Assembly (NCBI GenBank): GCA_000165345.1
Contig: CM000429.1
Span: 672,001 to 736,000, forward strand
Direction: 5' to 3'
DNA length: 64,000 nucleotides
Position numbers and translations under genes: made by a program. Positions 60,946 through 64,000 of this stretch are shown one piece after another. How positions within the stretch are numbered: position 1 is the stretch's first letter; each line of letters begins with the position of its first letter. A model generated the notes under the pieces. It ran no database searches. It had not been told where the DNA came from and worked only from the letters and a program-made list of their open reading frames with translations.

Positions 60946-63137
60946 GATTCATATATATTTGATATAATTGTATTATTAGCATTTATACTATCTCTTGATT
61001 GATTATATAAAGAATCAATATATTTTCCAATATTAAAAATGCCATTTCCATTTTCCCCCATATTAGTATCTTCTCCTTCTTTACTATTGTCTTTATCTGA
61101 TACAATATAATGTTTTACTTTTAATGGAGTTTTACTATAATGACTTATCTTTGTAGAAAATATCTTATTTGAAGTATTCAATTCATCACTAATAATTTGA
61201 TCAACAGGTGATGCCAATGTTGATGTAATATTCATTTCTTGTTGCTCCTCTTCCTTACCACCTGCTCCTCGCTCTCCTTTCTCTTCTCCTTCTTCTCCTT
61301 CTTCTCCTTCTTGCTCTCCTTCTTCTCCCTTTCCCTCTTCCTTTCCCTCTTCCTTTCCCTTTCCCTTTCCCTCCTCCTCTTCCCTTCCCTTTCCCTCCTC
61401 CTCTCTTACATTCTTTTCTTGTTTCTGCTTCTTCTCTTCTTTTTGCTTATCTTCATTCTCATCCATATGTTTTACTTGATCCTCTTGATCTCGTTCTTGT
61501 TTATCCACATATTCATCATTATCATTTTCAATATCTTCACTGCCATTTCCTCTTAAAGAAATATATAATTTATCATGATAATCAACAATACTTGAAGAAT
61601 CTGATGAATTATCATTTTTTTCATTATTTATACTCATCAAATATCTTTGACTTATATTATTTAAACTTGTATTTCTTCTTCTTAATGAATTATGACTATT
61701 CTTTGATATTTGATCTTTTAAATCACTATTATCGTTATTATTACTATTATCATCATCATTATCATTATCATCATTCATTATTGCTTGATTTATATCATTT
61801 CCAGAAACAAAATTATCCTTAATACTTTCATTTCCATTTACATTAATATTCGATAATAAAGTTGAAACATTTTCATTATCTTTTTCATTTATTTTAATAT
61901 TTGTTAATTCAAAATCTTGACTTTCATCTTCTTTATTATTACTATTATTATTATTATTACGTTTCTTCTTATTATTCTCAGAAGGAATTGCTTGAATAAT
62001 TGCATATGGATATTTATTCTGACCAAAATCTCGATGATTTAAATTTTCAAAAAATTTGGATTTATCATAAAAATATAACATATCTGTACAATTACAATTA
62101 ATATTATTACATAAAAGTTTTCCTTGTTGATTTGGATTACAAGGCATAAATTTATAATATGTATAATTACAATCCATTGGATCAGTTACTTTTAATATCA
62201 TAGAATATGAACTATTTGATAAAGTACTAAGTTGAACAGCTGTTAATTCTTCATGTATATTTTCAGAATCAATCATTTTTGAAATTTCATACATTATATG
62301 TATTCCTTGCATTGCTGTAATTGTATGTCCAATATTATAATACATTCTTTGATTAATATTTTGTATTTCAAGTTCAGTACTCATAAATATTGAAGTTTGT
62401 AAAAATATATGAAATGGAATTAATTTATCTTTACTTCCATGAAATATATATACTCGAGTATTTTGTTTTTTTTCATCACTAACATTGAAATCAAAAATTT
62501 CATTATTTAAAGGAGAATCTTTTCCTAATGATAAATGACTAATCATTGGAATCCAACCAGATACTCCTATTACACCTCCTATTGTAATATCTCTCATAAT
62601 CATTGAAGTAATTAATGCCATAGCAGAACCTTGAGAAAAACCTATTAAAAATATTCTACTTTGATCAATTCCTAAATCAATTTCAGATTTAATAATATTA
62701 CGTATTCTTTTTACACTTTCTAAAATTCCATTAATATCTTCAATATTTTCTGTTGGTGAAAATGATGTAATATTAAACCATGCAGGACATTCATTTCCAT
62801 AGATAGCAGTGATTTTTCTATATTTAGAAGTTGGTATTATCCATTTTGTATTTGGTAAGAAATCTTTTTTATTAACAAGTATTAAAAATCTTTCCCATTC
62901 TACTGCTGAGCTACATAATCCATGTAACCATACAATAACATTTTGATAATTAGATGGAGTAAAATTTAATCCATAACCTCCATTAGTATCACCTTTTTTA
63001 AATTTTACTGTTTGATTTGCTTTTTTTAAAAGGCATTCAACATTAGAAAAAAAAATTATAAAAATGATAAAAATCACATATATTCTTGGGATTTTTCTTT
63101 GAATTTCTAAGCTTAACATATTTGAATTTTTTTCCAC
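60930..63137 (-). CDS. Alpha/beta hydrolase of the phospholipase/carboxylesterase family (acyl-protein thioesterase / lysophospholipase-like). It has an N-terminal signal/anchor and an E/G/K-rich C-terminal extension.
   Basis: Motifs VIVWLHGLCSS, a GxSxG nucleophile elbow GFSQGSAMAL, and a downstream IFHGSKDKLIP segment that fits the Abhydrolase_2 fold. The N-terminal hydrophobic segment is IYVIFIIFIIFFSNVECL. Confidence 0.7.
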   Translation of the reverse strand: MEKNSNMLSLEIQRKIPRIYVIFIIFIIFFSNVECLLKKANQTVKFKKGDTNGGYGLNFTPSNYQNVIVWLHGLCSSAVEWERFLILVNKKDFLPNTKWIIPTSKYRKITAIYGNECPAWFNITSFSPTENIEDINGILESVKRIRNIIKSEIDLGIDQSRIFLIGFSQGSAMALITSMIMRDITIGGVIGVSGWIPMISHLSLGKDSPLNNEIFDFNVSDEKKQNTRVYIFHGSKDKLIPFHIFLQTSIFMSTELEIQNINQRMYYNIGHTITAMQGIHIMYEISKMIDSENIHEELTAVQLSTLSNSSYSMILKVTDPMDCNYTYYKFMPCNPNQQGKLLCNNINCNCTDMLYFYDKSKFFENLNHRDFGQNKYPYAIIQAIPSENNKKKRNNNNNSNNKEDESQDFELTNIKINEKDNENVSTLLSNINVNGNESIKDNFVSGNDINQAIMNDDNDNDDDNSNNNDNSDLKDQISKNSHNSLRRRNTSLNNISQRYLMSINNEKNDNSSDSSSIVDYHDKLYISLRGNGSEDIENDNDEYVDKQERDQEDQVKHMDENEDKQKEEKKQKQEKNVREEEGKGREEEEGKGKGKEEGKEEGKGEEGEQEGEEGEEGEEKGERGAGGKEEEQQEMNITSTLASPVDQIISDELNTSNKIFSTKISHYSKTPLKVKHYIVSDKDNSKEGEDTNMGENGNGIFNIGKYIDSLYNQSRDSINANNTIISNIYESEVGN

Positions 63138-64000
63138 TTAAAAAAAAAATCTTTAAAAATTTATCGAATAAATAAAGAAATAAATATGTGTGTTAATACC
63201 CCGTACATATATTTATATCTTTTTTTCTTTTTTAGTTAATTTCTTCCTTTTTTTTTTTTTTTTTAAAAAAAAACTTTATATATGTTTACTATTTAATAAA
63301 TATATAATTTATATATATAAATTATCAATAAATAAATAGATAAATATATATAAATGTGTATTAGATATATTCACTTTTCTAATTCTGAATCAAACAAAGA
63401 AAAAAAAATGTATTTATTTTCACAATTTAACCATTAATTATTTTAATCTGTAAAATTGATAATATTTCTTATATTACTTAAATGTGAACTATTGTACTAA
63501 TACTTCCATATATGTGCAAATTGAAAATTGAAAAAAATAATAATAAATAAAAGTAAATATTGCCAAATTATTACTTTTTATTAAGCAAATCCTTACGATT
63601 TGTTAATATGATTATATTATTTTGTGAAGTAATATATAAATTTAGAAAGGCTATTAATAAAATTTCCTGTTAACTTGATTTTCCACAAATTATTAACTTC
63701 ACTCTTCAATTGCCTTTTTTGACTATTACCTGAAAATCAAACACCTTTCAAATTTTTTCTTTTCACCTTTATTTATCATAGTATTTATATTTTACTTTCT
63801 TATATAAATTTGACCGAGACAAGACGTGCGGATCGAGCAAATTAAATATCAAGAAGGAATTTTGACACGTAATTGCTAGAAGCGCGGTGGGGGGAAGAAG
63901 ATATGGGTAATGAATGAAAAAGTGTAGTAAAATTTGTAAAAGAAATTGAATGAATAGGTGAGAGATTTGATGTAAATTGAATGAGAGTGGAAATGGAATG

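Noticed and set aside
63138-64000. Possible additional gene or 5' UTR at the window end (purine-rich 63800-64000).
   Set aside because: There is no ORF of meaningful length before the window ends. It may be the leader of a gene beyond the window, and I cannot support a feature call.

Overview
The window is AT-rich (about 75-80% AT), compact, eukaryotic nuclear DNA. I call about 23 protein-coding genes on both strands, which is roughly one gene per 2.8 kb. Most are single long ORFs with N-, S- and Q-rich low-complexity inserts. Two genes are spliced, using short (57-87 nt) GTAAGT...TTTAG introns that preserve the reading frame. There is one Pol III gene, tRNA-Gly(GCC). I found no prokaryotic operons, CRISPR arrays, rRNA or transposable elements. 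Intergenic promoters repeatedly carry palindromic TTGCATGCATGCAA / GCATGC boxes and E2F-like TTTGGCGCCAA / TTTGGCGGG boxes. Taken with the short GTAAGT introns, this best fits a Cryptosporidium-like apicomplexan genome. That assignment is inference, because I cannot run a search.

Products I can recognise from the sequence:
- a U2AF65-like splicing factor with an RS exon, RRM1 and a UHM
- a WS/DGAT-type HHxxxDG acyltransferase with three exons
- Sas10/Utp3
- UMP-CMP kinase
- a cyclin
- a CstF77/Rna14-like HAT-repeat protein
- NOL10/Enp2
- a divergent protein kinase that is probably a pseudokinase
- an EF-hand protein
- an AT-hook protein
- an acyl-protein-thioesterase-like alpha/beta hydrolase

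There are also several large lineage-specific proteins. These include a 3184-aa protein with WD-repeat-like segments and a 1619-aa protein with a coiled coil and three PH-like modules.

Observations worth a second look:
- a recurring ACCGGTAC-then-GCATGC composite promoter module
- two long polypyrimidine (CT) tracts, each sitting exactly where two converging genes end
- a U2AF65 homologue that lacks a recognisable RRM2
- a WS/DGAT-like lipid acyltransferase gene
- a 1.5 kb purine-rich leader or possible ncRNA region
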